This document shows, piece after piece, positions 1 to 9,132 of a stretch of 64,000 bases of DNA. The translations under genes and the position numbers were made by a program. Below the pieces are notes generated by a model, which was not told where the DNA came from, ran no database searches, and saw nothing but the letters and a program-made list of their open reading frames with translations. Source of the stretch: Candidatus Spongiisociaceae bacterium (GTDB lineage: Bacteria > Actinomycetota > Acidimicrobiia > Spongiisociales > Spongiisociaceae); the NCBI GenBank assembly GCA_965202665.1, contig OZ241841.1, positions 1,120,001 to 1,184,000 on the forward strand, given 5' to 3'. The first letter of the stretch is position 1, and every line of letters begins with the position of its first letter.

Positions 1-364
1 TAGCAGAGAACTACGCAAAGGCGGCAGTTGGTGAGATCGGTAGACAACGGGGTGGCGGTCGCGCATCACTGAGCAAAATACCCGGCGTCGTCCGAACGCC
101 CCTTTGTCGGGAACGGACGCGCAGGCCGGATTCCATCGCCCGCAAAGGGCAAACTTCATATTCTTAGGTGAACTAGCTCGACGCGGCGGCGGTTACCAGT
201 GCGCGCGTTACCCAGCGAGGGCGAGTAGAAGTCAGCGGGGGGAAGAAAAAGGAACATTGCGTATAATGAAAGGTCATGCTGATCAATCGGAATAAGCGGA
301 GGTCGGTCGTCTCCAAGTTGGCCTCCATGGCGAAAGGCCTAGATGTACATGGCCAGTAGGTTGG

Positions 365-1312
365 TTACAGTCTGGAGGTTGGTGGTTTGCCTCCGAGGCT
401 GTAGTGGGGTCGGTGGTTATTGTAGTAGTGGAGCCAGTGGCGGAGGGCTTGGTTTCGGGTTTGGTTGTCGGGCCAGGGTTGGGAGTTGGCCCATTCTCGT
501 TTGAGGGTTTGGTTGTATCGTTCCACTTTGCCGTTCTGCTGGGGATGATACGGTTTGATCGTGATATGACGGATGTCGTGTTGGGCGAGCAGGGAAGCGA
601 ACGCTCGGCTGCGGGTGTAGCTCCAGTGGTTGTCGGTCATGATCTCCGCGATGTGGGTGACGCCCAGTTGGCGGAAGTAGTGGAGGGCGCGGGCGGTGAA
701 CGCGGCGACGGTGGTTCCCTTCTCGTCCGGCAACGGCTCGGTGTAGGCGAGACGGGTGTAGTCGTCCACTATGGAGTGCACAAAGGTCCATCCCGCTCCC
801 CCGGCGGGGGCGTTGCCCCGGCCGTGTACCTTCCATCCCCCGCCGGGCGGTATGGAAGAAAGCTTCTTAACATCCATATGCAGCAACTCCCCCGGCCTGT
901 CCCGTTCATACCGCACCACCGGCCCGGGAGGAGTTTTGAGCGGTTCGCCAGTCAGCTGGTCGCATTCCCACAGACGCAACATCCCGTGGCGGCGGAGGAT
1001 GCGGCTGATCGTCCGCTCCGGCACCCCCGTAAACGCCGACAACCGAGCGGGGCCCGCCCGCAACCGCCGCCGCGCCCGCAGCACCAGCTCTTCCACCTCC
1101 GGGCTGGTACGCATAGGGGAGCAGCGCGGCCGAGACGACCGATCCTCCAAACCGGCCTCGCCTTCCTCCCGGTAACGGCGCACCCACTTGGACACGCACT
1201 GCCGAGACATCCCCATCCCCCGAGCCACCCGCGCCACCGGCTCTCCTTCTTCTATCACCCGCAACACCATCCCCAAACGTCCCAAAGGCGACGACCTCGC
1301 GTTACCATGCAT
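365..1312 (-). CDS. IS481-family DDE transposase
   Basis: MHGNAR start, HTH (KWVRRYREEG..GL.DRSSRP), RPGELLHMDVKKL, TDN, PYHPQQNGKVERYN, YYNNHRPH rve core. Confidence 0.95.
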   Translation of the reverse strand: MHGNARSSPLGRLGMVLRVIEEGEPVARVARGMGMSRQCVSKWVRRYREEGEAGLEDRSSRPRCSPMRTSPEVEELVLRARRRLRAGPARLSAFTGVPERTISRILRRHGMLRLWECDQLTGEPLKTPPGPVVRYERDRPGELLHMDVKKLSSIPPGGGWKVHGRGNAPAGGAGWTFVHSIVDDYTRLAYTEPLPDEKGTTVAAFTARALHYFRQLGVTHIAEIMTDNHWSYTRSRAFASLLAQHDIRHITIKPYHPQQNGKVERYNQTLKREWANSQPWPDNQTRNQALRHWLHYYNNHRPHYSLGGKPPTSRL

Positions 1313-1316
1313 CCCT

Positions 1317-1374
1317 GAAGACCTCCTCCCGTGCTATAGGGTGCTTTCACTCCCCATAACACCAGGAGGTCTTC
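1317..1374 (-). promoter_or_regulatory. Inverted repeat that would sequester the transposase RBS
   Basis: GAAGACCTCC (1317-1326) / GGAGGTCTTC (1365-1374); one arm overlaps the GGAGG SD upstream of ATG 1312. Confidence 0.6.
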
Positions 1375-1774
1375 ACTTATGCAACAACCAAACCGTCACC
1401 AACGTCCTGGCCAAGTACACCTAGATTACAGACGACCGATCATCGCCTCCCCTGACGCCCTTGCGCCTACGCTCGGCGCGGGCCCCGCCGATTACCCGAT
1501 TGAAGATTATCGGCGCGGTTTCCGGAGCGGCCTGGAGGCCGGGATGCGCATCGGCCACTCCGGCGGACGCGGCTATGAGCAGGTAGCCGTCCAGCAGGCC
1601 ATCGAGGCCCACATCCGGGCCGCCGAGAACAGGGGCGATGCGGAAGCGGCCCGCGTCCTCCGCAACCTGGCCTCCCAACTCCCCGACCCCCGCCGCTCCT
1701 TGAGGGTGGTTTCCTGATGGCGCACAGAACACTTACAACGTCCATCTCGCCGACCTACTCCGCGCCCAAAGCCC

Positions 1775-1930
1775 TATCATCCACATCAGAACGGCAAAGT
1801 AGAGCGATACAACCAAGCCCTCAACTCAAATGGGCCAACTAGCAACCGGCCAGATAAACCAACCCCAAACCAAGCCCTCAAACACTGGCTCCGCTACCAC
1901 AACAACCACCGACCCCGCTACAGCTAACGG
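1775..1930 (+). pseudogene. Degenerate IS481 transposase 3' fragment, opposite orientation to the intact copy
   Basis: Encodes KPYHPHQNGKVERYNQAL and, after frameshifts, NQALKHWLRYHNNHRPRYS, matching the intact transposase C-terminus. Confidence 0.85.
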
Positions 1931-1964
1931 AGGATATGCGGGTATGACGGCGGCTGGTCGCCTA

Positions 1965-2432
1965 TTAGCCGCTCATCCCGTCCGCTAAACCTTGTAGCAT
2001 CTTCGCGGTTTCCCGGTTGATATCTGCCGCGCGCCGGTTATCCAGTGCCGCTATCCGATTGTCAGCGACCATATCCCCGATCTGCCGCATCGCTTTCACG
2101 ATCGTCTTGATTACCTCCCGATTCATTGCCGCCGCCTCCCGATTCATTGCCGCCGCCACCCGATTCATTGCCGCCGCCACCCGGTTATCCGCCGCCGCCA
2201 CCCCGTTATCCGCCGCCGCCACCCCGTTATCCGCCGCCGCCACCCCGTTATCCGCCGCCGCCACCCCGTTATCCGCCGCCGCGTCCCCCAACGTTTCCGC
2301 TATGTCCACCGCTGCCTGGGTCAGCGACGCGGTGGCGGCTACCATCCGTTCCACCGTCGAAGCCATCGCCTCCACCAACGCCGTTGCCGCTTCCGTCCAG
2401 CCGGGTTGGGTTCCGTTGCTATCTGCCATCAT
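1965..2432 (-). CDS. Ala-rich heptad-repeat coiled-coil protein (subfamily A)
   Basis: MMADSNGTQPGW start after a purine-rich SD-like run; (AAADNGV)n/(AAAMNRE)n heptads. Confidence 0.7.
   Translation of the reverse strand: MMADSNGTQPGWTEAATALVEAMASTVERMVAATASLTQAAVDIAETLGDAAADNGVAAADNGVAAADNGVAAADNGVAAADNRVAAAMNRVAAAMNREAAAMNREVIKTIVKAMRQIGDMVADNRIAALDNRRAADINRETAKMLQGLADGMSG
2118..2282. repeat. 21-bp tandem repeat, ~8 copies (heptad-coding VNTR)
   Basis: Units CCGATTCATTGCCGCCGCCAC and CCCGTTATCCGCCGCCGCCAC. Confidence 0.9.
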
Positions 2433-2824
2433 CCCTACTCTGTTGCTGTCTGGTTGGTTCCGGAGCCCACGAACGCTTCGCAACCGAAACCTTTTGTCCT
2501 TGTTCGCCGAGGCTATCCGGGTTCAGGGTCGGCGGGATTCTATCCCTGCCGTCGTCATCGTAGAACATTAGCCAACTCGGCGACGATGGCGGCAGTCAAC
2601 GGGCGGTCGCTCGCGCAGGATGAAACGACCGGGCTACGGACGATATTCCCCGCCGAATAATTCCCCGCCGGAGGGGGCGGTTCGTTTTCCGCGATTTTGG
2701 GCTTGGGTTTTTGTCATAGGGGGATGTTACCTTGCTCAATATGACGCAAAAAAGGCTAATTCGCTGGAAACGGGCTCTGCTTCGGGTATGGCGGAGCGTT
2801 CGGGAATCCGCCCGCCTGCGGCGG

Positions 2825-4792
2825 TCAGACGGCGCCGGGGTGGCCTCCGTCGATGGGGATTTGGGCGGCGGTGGTGGCGGGGAAGGCGTCTCCGCACACT
2901 TCCGCCACCGCCCGCGCCACGTCGGCGGCGGTTATTTCCCGTCCCAGGAGATTTCGGGTTTTGTACCGCTCCGGCGTCATCCCGTATTCGGCGGCGCGGG
3001 CGGCCAGCAACTCCTCCGTCCACAGGCCGGTGTCGAACACCGCGTCGGGATGGAAAATATTCACCCGGATTCCGTCCGCCGCCCATTCCAAAGCGGCCAC
3101 CCGGGCCAGTTGCGTGAGGGCGGCCTTGGAGGCCGAATAGGCGGCCGCCCCCCGGCCGGGGGCGGACACGTTGCGGGAACCGATCACCGCCACCCGGCCC
3201 CCGATCGGGGAGAGCGCCAACAGGGGATGCGCCTCGGCCAACAGGTCGGCCACCGCCCCCGCGTTAACCTCCATCACCGCCCGCCGTTGCGCAACGTCCA
3301 ACCCGGCCACCGGAGCGGAGGTTCCGAACGTCCCGGCCGCCGCCACAACCATATCCACCCCGCCGAACCGCTCCACCGCCGCATCCAAAGCCCGGCTCTG
3401 CGCGGCCCGGTCGGTCACGTCCGCCGCCAAACCCAGCCAGGCCTCCCCGGCGAAAGCCTCCCGCACCGAACTGTCGCGGTCCAAACCGGTCACCGCGCAC
3501 CCCCGCTTCAGCAATTCGGCGGCGCAGGCCTTTCCGATGCCGGAAGCGGCCCCGGTCACCACCGCCGCCGCCCCCGCCAACGGCGGCGGTTCCCCGGCCC
3601 GGCGCAACTTGGCTTGCTCCAAATCCCAATATTCCACTTGGAAAAGATCGCCCGGGGACAACGGAACGTAGCCGCCCAGATGATCCTCCGCCCGTTCCAA
3701 CACCGGCATGGTGCGCAGGTAAATGTCGGCTGCTACGGCGGCCGCCCCCGCCGTCTCCCCCGCCGTCAGCATCCCCATCTCCCGGTCCAAAACCACCCGG
3801 GGGGCGGGATCCAGCATCACCGGCTCGGTGCGGGCCCGGCTCCGCCAGGCGGTGAAATAGTCCCGGTAGGCGGCGGCGAAGGCCTCCACGTCCCGCCCGA
3901 CCATCGGATGGGGTTTGGTGCGGATCACATGATCGGGGGTGAGCGGCCCGCGGCGGGCCAGATCCTCCAGGTCGGGGCGGGAAACGAAGCGTGCCGTCCC
4001 CGCATCGGCGCGGCGGCGCACCACCATCGCCCGGCCCGCCGCTTGGGAAATCCGCAACCTCAGGTCGGCCAGCTCGGTTCGGGGAACAGGCGGCAGGGCC
4101 CGCCCCGCGGCCACCGCGACCGGGGCGGCCCGCTCCAGCCACTCTTCAGCCCGGGTGATCAGGCGGATGTGCCGCCGGTAAGCGGTGCGGGCGTCGGGGC
4201 CGAAAGTGAACAGGCCGTGGTTGAGCAGGACCAAACCGGTGATGTCCGCCGGAACCTCCGGCCACATGCGGGCCGTTTCTTTGGCCAGGTCGAAGCCGGG
4301 CATCACATAGGGGACGATCGCCGTCGCCTCCCCGAACACTTCCTTCGCCAGGCCGGCCCCATCGGGGGTGTTGGTCAAAGTCACTACGGCGTCGGCGTGG
4401 CTGTGCAGCACCGCCGGGTGGGGCAACAGGGCGTGCAACAAGGTCTCCACCGACGGCTCCGGGGCGGATGGGTCCAGCCGGGCGGCGGACAACTCCCGCA
4501 TCATCTCCGCGTCCGACAGCGAATCCAGCTCCAGCAGCTCCGCCAGGCGCTCCAAAGGAAGCGGGGCGAACCCCTCTTTTTCAATAGTCGCCAAATCCCA
4601 CCCGGACCCTTTTACGTACAAGGCGTCTATCAACCGGCCGGTGATGTCGGCGAAAGGGGCTTTGACCGAGGTGTTGCCCCCGCCGTGCAACACCAGGCCG
4701 GGCTCGGAACCCAAAAGGCGAGACCCGTATACGCATTCCCCCAACGGCCCGGCGAAAGCGGCCGCCTCCTCCCCGCTCCAACGGTCCTCCAT
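2825..4792 (-). CDS. Bifunctional class II aldolase / short-chain dehydrogenase (RhaD/RhaEW-like)
   Basis: GSRLLG..P.LVLHGGGNTSVK, PSVETLLHA, HSHAD, LLNHG, TPDHVIRTK, EYWDLEQAKL; C-terminal SDR TGAASGIG and YSASK. Confidence 0.92.
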   Translation of the reverse strand: MEDRWSGEEAAAFAGPLGECVYGSRLLGSEPGLVLHGGGNTSVKAPFADITGRLIDALYVKGSGWDLATIEKEGFAPLPLERLAELLELDSLSDAEMMRELSAARLDPSAPEPSVETLLHALLPHPAVLHSHADAVVTLTNTPDGAGLAKEVFGEATAIVPYVMPGFDLAKETARMWPEVPADITGLVLLNHGLFTFGPDARTAYRRHIRLITRAEEWLERAAPVAVAAGRALPPVPRTELADLRLRISQAAGRAMVVRRRADAGTARFVSRPDLEDLARRGPLTPDHVIRTKPHPMVGRDVEAFAAAYRDYFTAWRSRARTEPVMLDPAPRVVLDREMGMLTAGETAGAAAVAADIYLRTMPVLERAEDHLGGYVPLSPGDLFQVEYWDLEQAKLRRAGEPPPLAGAAAVVTGAASGIGKACAAELLKRGCAVTGLDRDSSVREAFAGEAWLGLAADVTDRAAQSRALDAAVERFGGVDMVVAAAGTFGTSAPVAGLDVAQRRAVMEVNAGAVADLLAEAHPLLALSPIGGRVAVIGSRNVSAPGRGAAAYSASKAALTQLARVAALEWAADGIRVNIFHPDAVFDTGLWTEELLAARAAEYGMTPERYKTRNLLGREITAADVARAVAEVCGDAFPATTAAQIPIDGGHPGAV

Positions 4793-4822
4793 CAGTTCCC
4801 TCCCAGCTCCTGCCCAGCGCCC

Positions 4823-5596
4823 CTAATAAGGGGTGTCGCCGCCGTCCACGCTGATGGCCTGCCCCCGGATGATCAACGCATCGTCGGACAGCAGAAACGC
4901 CGCCACCCGGCCCACTTCCACCGGTTCCACCCGGCGGCCCAGCTGGGCGGGCCCCATCCCGGCCAGCAGTTGGGCGGCGGGGGTTTCCAACCGGGGGGAC
5001 AGCCACTCCGCCACTCCGGCCAGCATCGGCGTGTCCACCCCGCCCGGACACAACGCGTTGACGTTGATCCCGTCCGCCGCCCATTCCATGGCCAACGACC
5101 GGGTCAACCCGATCACCGCCGCCTTGGACGAGTTGTAGGCGGCCATATTCGGATATCCGGCCTTGCCGCAGTTGGAGGCCACGTTGACGATCGCCCCCCC
5201 GCCCGTCTCCCGCAAACGGCGGCCCACCGCCCGGGCGGTCAGGAACGTTCCGGTCACGTTGATGTCAAAGGTGCGTGTCCAATCATCCGGGCGGGAATCC
5301 CACGCCTCATCCAGAAAAACCGCCCCGGCCGCGTTGACCGCCCCGTCCAGGCGGCCGAAGCGGGAGGCGGTTTCCGCCGCCGCCCGCTCCGCTTGTTCGG
5401 GATCGGCGACGTCGCACGCCAAACCCCAAGCGGAATCCCCCGACGGGTCCAAACGCCGGGCCGCGTCCTGCGCCGCCCCCCCGTCCAAGTCGGCCAACGC
5501 CGCCCGGCCCCCTTCTTCCAGAACGGCCCGCGCGGTCCCGGCGCCGATGCCGCCCGCCCCGCCGGTAATCAGATAGACGCGGTCCCGCAGGCGCAT
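4823..5596 (-). CDS. SDR family NAD(P)-dependent oxidoreductase
   Basis: TGGAGGIG, VNAAG, YNSSK, NALCPG.VDT. Confidence 0.92.
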   Translation of the reverse strand: MRLRDRVYLITGGAGGIGAGTARAVLEEGGRAALADLDGGAAQDAARRLDPSGDSAWGLACDVADPEQAERAAAETASRFGRLDGAVNAAGAVFLDEAWDSRPDDWTRTFDINVTGTFLTARAVGRRLRETGGGAIVNVASNCGKAGYPNMAAYNSSKAAVIGLTRSLAMEWAADGINVNALCPGGVDTPMLAGVAEWLSPRLETPAAQLLAGMGPAQLGRRVEPVEVGRVAAFLLSDDALIIRGQAISVDGGDTPY

Positions 5597-5602
5597 GGGC
5601 CC

Positions 5603-6382
5603 CTACCAGGTGGGGGTGGCGGAGACGCCCCCGTCCACCACCAGTTCCGCCCCGGTGATCCACCGGGCCAAATCGGACATCAGAAACAAACAGGCGTCCC
5701 CCACCTCCTCCGGGGAGCCCATCCGGCCCAGCGGACAGGCGGCCCCCCAGCGGGCGACCCCGTCCGGCCAATCCTCTTCCAAGCCGGGACGGCGGATAAG
5801 ACCGGGCGAAACCGCGTTCACCCGAATGCCGTCCGGCCCGTAGGCGATGGCGGCCGAGCGGGCATGCATGATCAGGCCCGCCTTGGACACCCCGTAATGG
5901 CCGTGCATCACCGGCGCGTGATGGCCTTCGATGGAGGCGATATGGACGATGGAGCCGCCGTTGCCGGCCCGTTTCATAGCCGCCGCCGCAACCTGGGTGA
6001 GCCGGTGGACGGCGGTCAGGTTGACTTCCAGCATCTCCGACCATTCGGCGTCGGTCAAGTCGGCGAAATGGGCGATGGGCTGGATGCCGGCGTTGTTGAC
6101 CAGCCCGTCGATCCGACCGAAGGCTTCGACGACGGCGTCCACCACCCGGGCCGGGCCGTCCGCGTCGGTCAGGTCGGCGGCGACCGGAAGCGCCCGTTCC
6201 CGGGCTTCGGCCGACAGGCCGTCCAGCAACCCGTCCAAAGGAGAGGCGCGGGTGTGGGCCGCCACCGCCGCCCCGGCGGCCGCCATCCGGGAGGCGATCC
6301 CCCGGCCGATCCCGCCTCCGGCCCCGGTAACCAGCACCACCCGGCCCGACAAATCCAACAGTTGTCCGGGGGGCGCCGTCAT
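5603..6382 (-). CDS. SDR family NAD(P)-dependent oxidoreductase
   Basis: Start MTAPPGQ (ATGA overlap with cupin stop; GGAGAG SD); TGAGGGIG, NNAG, YGVSK, NAVSPG. Confidence 0.92.
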   Translation of the reverse strand: MTAPPGQLLDLSGRVVLVTGAGGGIGRGIASRMAAAGAAVAAHTRASPLDGLLDGLSAEARERALPVAADLTDADGPARVVDAVVEAFGRIDGLVNNAGIQPIAHFADLTDAEWSEMLEVNLTAVHRLTQVAAAAMKRAGNGGSIVHIASIEGHHAPVMHGHYGVSKAGLIMHARSAAIAYGPDGIRVNAVSPGLIRRPGLEEDWPDGVARWGAACPLGRMGSPEEVGDACLFLMSDLARWITGAELVVDGGVSATPTW

Positions 6383-6834
6383 AAATTCTCCTCCCTGGTC
6401 AGGCGGCGGATATGTCCGGCCGCCGACGGGTAGCGTTCCGCCAAGTCGGAGGCCCGCCCCATCTCCATCTCCTCCGCCCGGAAAGGGGGGGCCATGGTGG
6501 TTCCCACCAGCGACCAGTCGCCGGTGGTGGCGGCCGCCATCCACACCCGGCCCGGAACCGCCACGAAAGGCCTCTCCCCCGCCTCCAAGTCGCTTCCCAA
6601 CCGGGGGAGCTCCGCCGAACCATCCTCGCGCAACAGCAACATCTCCGCCGCCGCCCCCGCGTAGAAGTGCCACATTTCCGGTCCCTCCACCCGATGCACG
6701 GCCGAGAAATCGCCCGGACGGAGCAGGAAATATATGGCCGAAGAATATTGGTCCCGCCAAGTCTGCGCCCACATCCCGCCTTCCACCGGCAACGGCTCCA
6801 AGCCCAGAATCTCAATCACCCGGTCGGCGTTCAT
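6379..6834 (-). CDS. Cupin domain protein (DUF985 / cupin_5)
   Basis: LGLEPLPVEGG, SAIYFLL, S..HRV...EMWHFYAG, W.LVGTTMAPPF. Confidence 0.88.
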   Translation of the reverse strand: MNADRVIEILGLEPLPVEGGMWAQTWRDQYSSAIYFLLRPGDFSAVHRVEGPEMWHFYAGAAAEMLLLREDGSAELPRLGSDLEAGERPFVAVPGRVWMAAATTGDWSLVGTTMAPPFRAEEMEMGRASDLAERYPSAAGHIRRLTREENL

Positions 6835-8138
6835 ACGGCCAGCCTACGCGCCCGCTCATCCAACTCGGCCAACATCGCAACGCGGTCCGCCCCTTCCGCT
6901 TCCCAGCCGGACGCCGCCCGGCGGCCCCCCACCCACACTTCTGTCACCGCGGCCGGCGAACCCGACCAGACGATGCGGGAAATCGGGTCGTCTTCGACGG
7001 GAACCACCGGACGCAAAGGCGGATAGTCGGCCGTCAAAGCGATCATGTCAGCCCAGGCCCCGGGGGACAGTCGTCCCAGGTCCGGGCGGCCGATGGCGTC
7101 GGCCGCTCCGGCGGTGACCATCCGCAAAGCCCGGGCGGGGGGGAACAGCTGGGCGTCGCCGCCCCGGACGCGGGCCAAGCGGATGGCGGTGCGCATCTCC
7201 TCGAACAGGTCCAAACGATGATGGGAGGCGGGGCCGTCGGTGGCGATGCCCATGCGGAGGCCGGCCGCCAGCATATCCCCCACCCGGGCCGTCCCGGAGC
7301 CGTGCTTGGCGTTGGAACAGGGACAATGGGCCACCGCCGTATCGGTGCGGGCGAAGGTCTCAATATCCCGGTCGGACATCCAAACCGCATGGGCGGCCAG
7401 CGTACGCCCCCGCAGCAAACCCACTTCTTCCAGGTAGGCGACCGGCCCCCGCCCGGTTTTGCGGCGCACCGCCTCCTCCTCCCACTGTTCTTCGTTGACA
7501 TGGATGTGCACCAGCATTCCCGTCTCGGCGGCCGTTTCCGCGATGCGGCGCAGGCACTCTTCGGAAACCGAATAAGCGGCGTGCGGCCCCACCCCCACTT
7601 CGATCAGCGGATCGGCGGACCAACGTTCCCGGGCGGCGGCCATCTCCTCCAACTGCGACTCCCAGGAACCCATATGCGCCAAAGCTTCGTCTTCTATCAG
7701 AGGGGCGGTAACCACGCACCGCAATCCGGCCTCCGCCGCCCCCCGGGCCACCTCCTCCCCCTGAAAATACATCTCCACCGAAGTGGTTATCCCGCCCGCC
7801 AGCATCTCCGCCGCCCCGGCCCTCATGCCCATCCGCACATCCCCGGGAGTGAGCCGGGCCTCCCGCGGCCACATAACCTCCCGCAGCCACCGCTCCACCG
7901 GCAACCCCTCCCCCGCCCCTCGCAGCAGAACCATCGGGGTGTGGCAGTGAATGTTGAGCATGCCCGGCATCAGAATGCCGCTTATGCGGGTCACCGGAAT
8001 CTGCGGACGGGCCGGGGCCTGCGCCGCCGCCCCCGCCCAAACCACCCGCCCCTCCTCCACATCCACCACCCCGTCCGGTATGGGGCCGGGATGCTCATCC
8101 GACATCGTAATCAGCAAGTCGGCGGCGTAACGCTCCAA
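6831..8138 (-). CDS. Amidohydrolase, MtaD/TRZ-ATZ family (MTA/SAH/5'-deoxyadenosine deaminase-like)
   Basis: PG.LNIHCH metal motif, GITT..EMY, GPHAAYS, HIHVNE, AAHAVW, HCPCSNAK, TDGPAS; TTG start after AAGGAG. Confidence 0.88.
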   Translation of the reverse strand: MERYAADLLITMSDEHPGPIPDGVVDVEEGRVVWAGAAAQAPARPQIPVTRISGILMPGMLNIHCHTPMVLLRGAGEGLPVERWLREVMWPREARLTPGDVRMGMRAGAAEMLAGGITTSVEMYFQGEEVARGAAEAGLRCVVTAPLIEDEALAHMGSWESQLEEMAAARERWSADPLIEVGVGPHAAYSVSEECLRRIAETAAETGMLVHIHVNEEQWEEEAVRRKTGRGPVAYLEEVGLLRGRTLAAHAVWMSDRDIETFARTDTAVAHCPCSNAKHGSGTARVGDMLAAGLRMGIATDGPASHHRLDLFEEMRTAIRLARVRGGDAQLFPPARALRMVTAGAADAIGRPDLGRLSPGAWADMIALTADYPPLRPVVPVEDDPISRIVWSGSPAAVTEVWVGGRRAASGWEAEGADRVAMLAELDERARRLAV

Positions 8139-8179
8139 TTTGACTCCTTGGGGCTCCTAACGGGCGGGGCGGACGACGC

Positions 8180-8734
8180 TCACCCCCATTTGAGCTCCGG
8201 GAAGTTTTCGTACCTCTCCAAGCATAACCGCTTCAGGAAATCCACTAGCTGGGATTCCATTTCCCCCGGCGGGAAATCCTTCGTTCTAAACGCCTCGGGC
8301 GCCTGTTGCTCATCATCCCGCCCGTTGCGCATGACGGTGGCCGACAGGGCGATGTTGGAAGTATCCAAAATGGAGGTTTTGCGCACCGCGTACCGAAACC
8401 CGAACTTTTTGTAGGTGTAGGAGCCTTCCTCGTTCAGCTTCTCGGCGTAGGAGGAGATTCCCAACAAGACCACGCCGTTGTCGGGTCTCTCAGAGCAATC
8501 CATATTTTTCACCGCGTAAGCGATGAACCGCTCCAATGCCTCCTCAGCCGGGAGGAAAAGGACCTTGTACCTGGTTCCCCTGTCCCTCGCCCGGAAAACC
8601 TTTTCGCCTTGATCCGTTTCATAAGGTCCCTTCAAGGCGAAACGGGACTCCATCCCGTTATTCGCCTCCCGGTAAGGCCCCAGGGCGAAGGTCCATATAC
8701 GGGACGGCTCGGAGGGGAAAGTCAGGTCTCTCAT
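8180..8734 (-). CDS. Hypothetical protein (184 aa), lower GC than flanks
   Basis: GGAGGG SD, ATGA overlap with upstream ORF, ordinary amino-acid composition. Confidence 0.6.
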   Translation of the reverse strand: MRDLTFPSEPSRIWTFALGPYREANNGMESRFALKGPYETDQGEKVFRARDRGTRYKVLFLPAEEALERFIAYAVKNMDCSERPDNGVVLLGISSYAEKLNEEGSYTYKKFGFRYAVRKTSILDTSNIALSATVMRNGRDDEQQAPEAFRTKDFPPGEMESQLVDFLKRLCLERYENFPELKWG

Positions 8735-9009
8735 TCGTCGCCCTCCGCCCTTATCTCCCAATCCTCCAGCGGTCGGATGTCTTCCATCTCTTCATAGGGA
8801 ACCAAGTCTCCTGGCTCCCCTGTCATAGAATACTCTTTCTCAGACCTGTAGCCGCTGGGAAGCGCATTGGATTTCTTTATCAACCTAGCCTCCGTCCATT
8901 CCCTATAAAACCGGGCGAACCTGTTCGCACATGCCGTGAGGGTCAGCAAACTCACCAGTACCCACGCGTACCAGGATGCTAGGAACGAGGAGAGATCCAC
9001 CTCGATCAT
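8731..9009 (-). CDS. Hypothetical small membrane-anchored protein (92 aa)
   Basis: Hydrophobic N-terminus FLASWYAWVLVSLLTLTAC, acidic tail, ATGA coupling on both sides. Confidence 0.55.
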   Translation of the reverse strand: MIEVDLSSFLASWYAWVLVSLLTLTACANRFARFYREWTEARLIKKSNALPSGYRSEKEYSMTGEPGDLVPYEEMEDIRPLEDWEIRAEGDE

Positions 9010-9132
9010 GAACTGGCCAATTCAGTTTTGCGTTTCATTCGCCTCTCCTAATACGATGGGAATCCGTTAGGATTTTCAGCTATCTTAGAACAGGCCGGCG
9101 GTTAGCGGGCCGCCGGGCGGCGCGGAGGGAGA

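Larger units (their letters stand above)
344..1419 (-). mobile_element. IS481-family insertion sequence, intact, with 6-bp target-site duplication CCTAGA (338-343, 1420-1425)
   Basis: TGT...ACA ends; imperfect TIRs TGTACATGGCCAGTAGGTTGGTTAC / TGTACTTGGCCAGGACGTTGGTGAC; identical CCTAGA on both flanks. Confidence 0.95.
276..1717 (+). pseudogene. ~119-aa hypothetical gene interrupted by IS481 (pieces 276..343 and 1426..1717)
   Basis: Removing the IS and one TSD copy joins MLINRNKRRSVVSKLASMAKGL in frame to DYRRPIIASPDALA...RSLRVVS*; TATAAT at 262-267 lies just upstream of ATG 276. Confidence 0.75.

Noticed and set aside
140-200. GGGCAAAC...GACGC...GGTTACC resembling a c-di-GMP-I riboswitch
   Set aside because: Lacks the GNRA tetraloop, CAAAG and receptor stem; spacing does not fit
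344-1930. Composite transposon formed by the intact IS481 and the inverted relic
   Set aside because: The TSD flanks only the intact IS and the relic has no recognisable terminal repeat
2118-2282. Short direct repeats as a possible CRISPR array (also 12345-12518, 19783-20057, 47535-47761)
   Set aside because: Head-to-tail with no unique spacers, lengths are multiples of 3 inside ORFs, no cas genes
2126-2563. Extensin-like (PPPPPRY)n ORF
   Set aside because: Alternate-frame product of the 21-bp repeat; the minus-strand heptad ORF has an SD and a paralog
5603-6772. Extended N-termini given by the ORF track (also 15357, 10686, 18107, 52859, 53852, 57245)
   Set aside because: They overlap neighbouring genes or promoters; better-supported downstream starts exist
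5931-8414. 827-aa plus-strand ORF
   Set aside because: Shadow of the SDR, cupin and amidohydrolase genes; Pro/Arg-rich with no motifs
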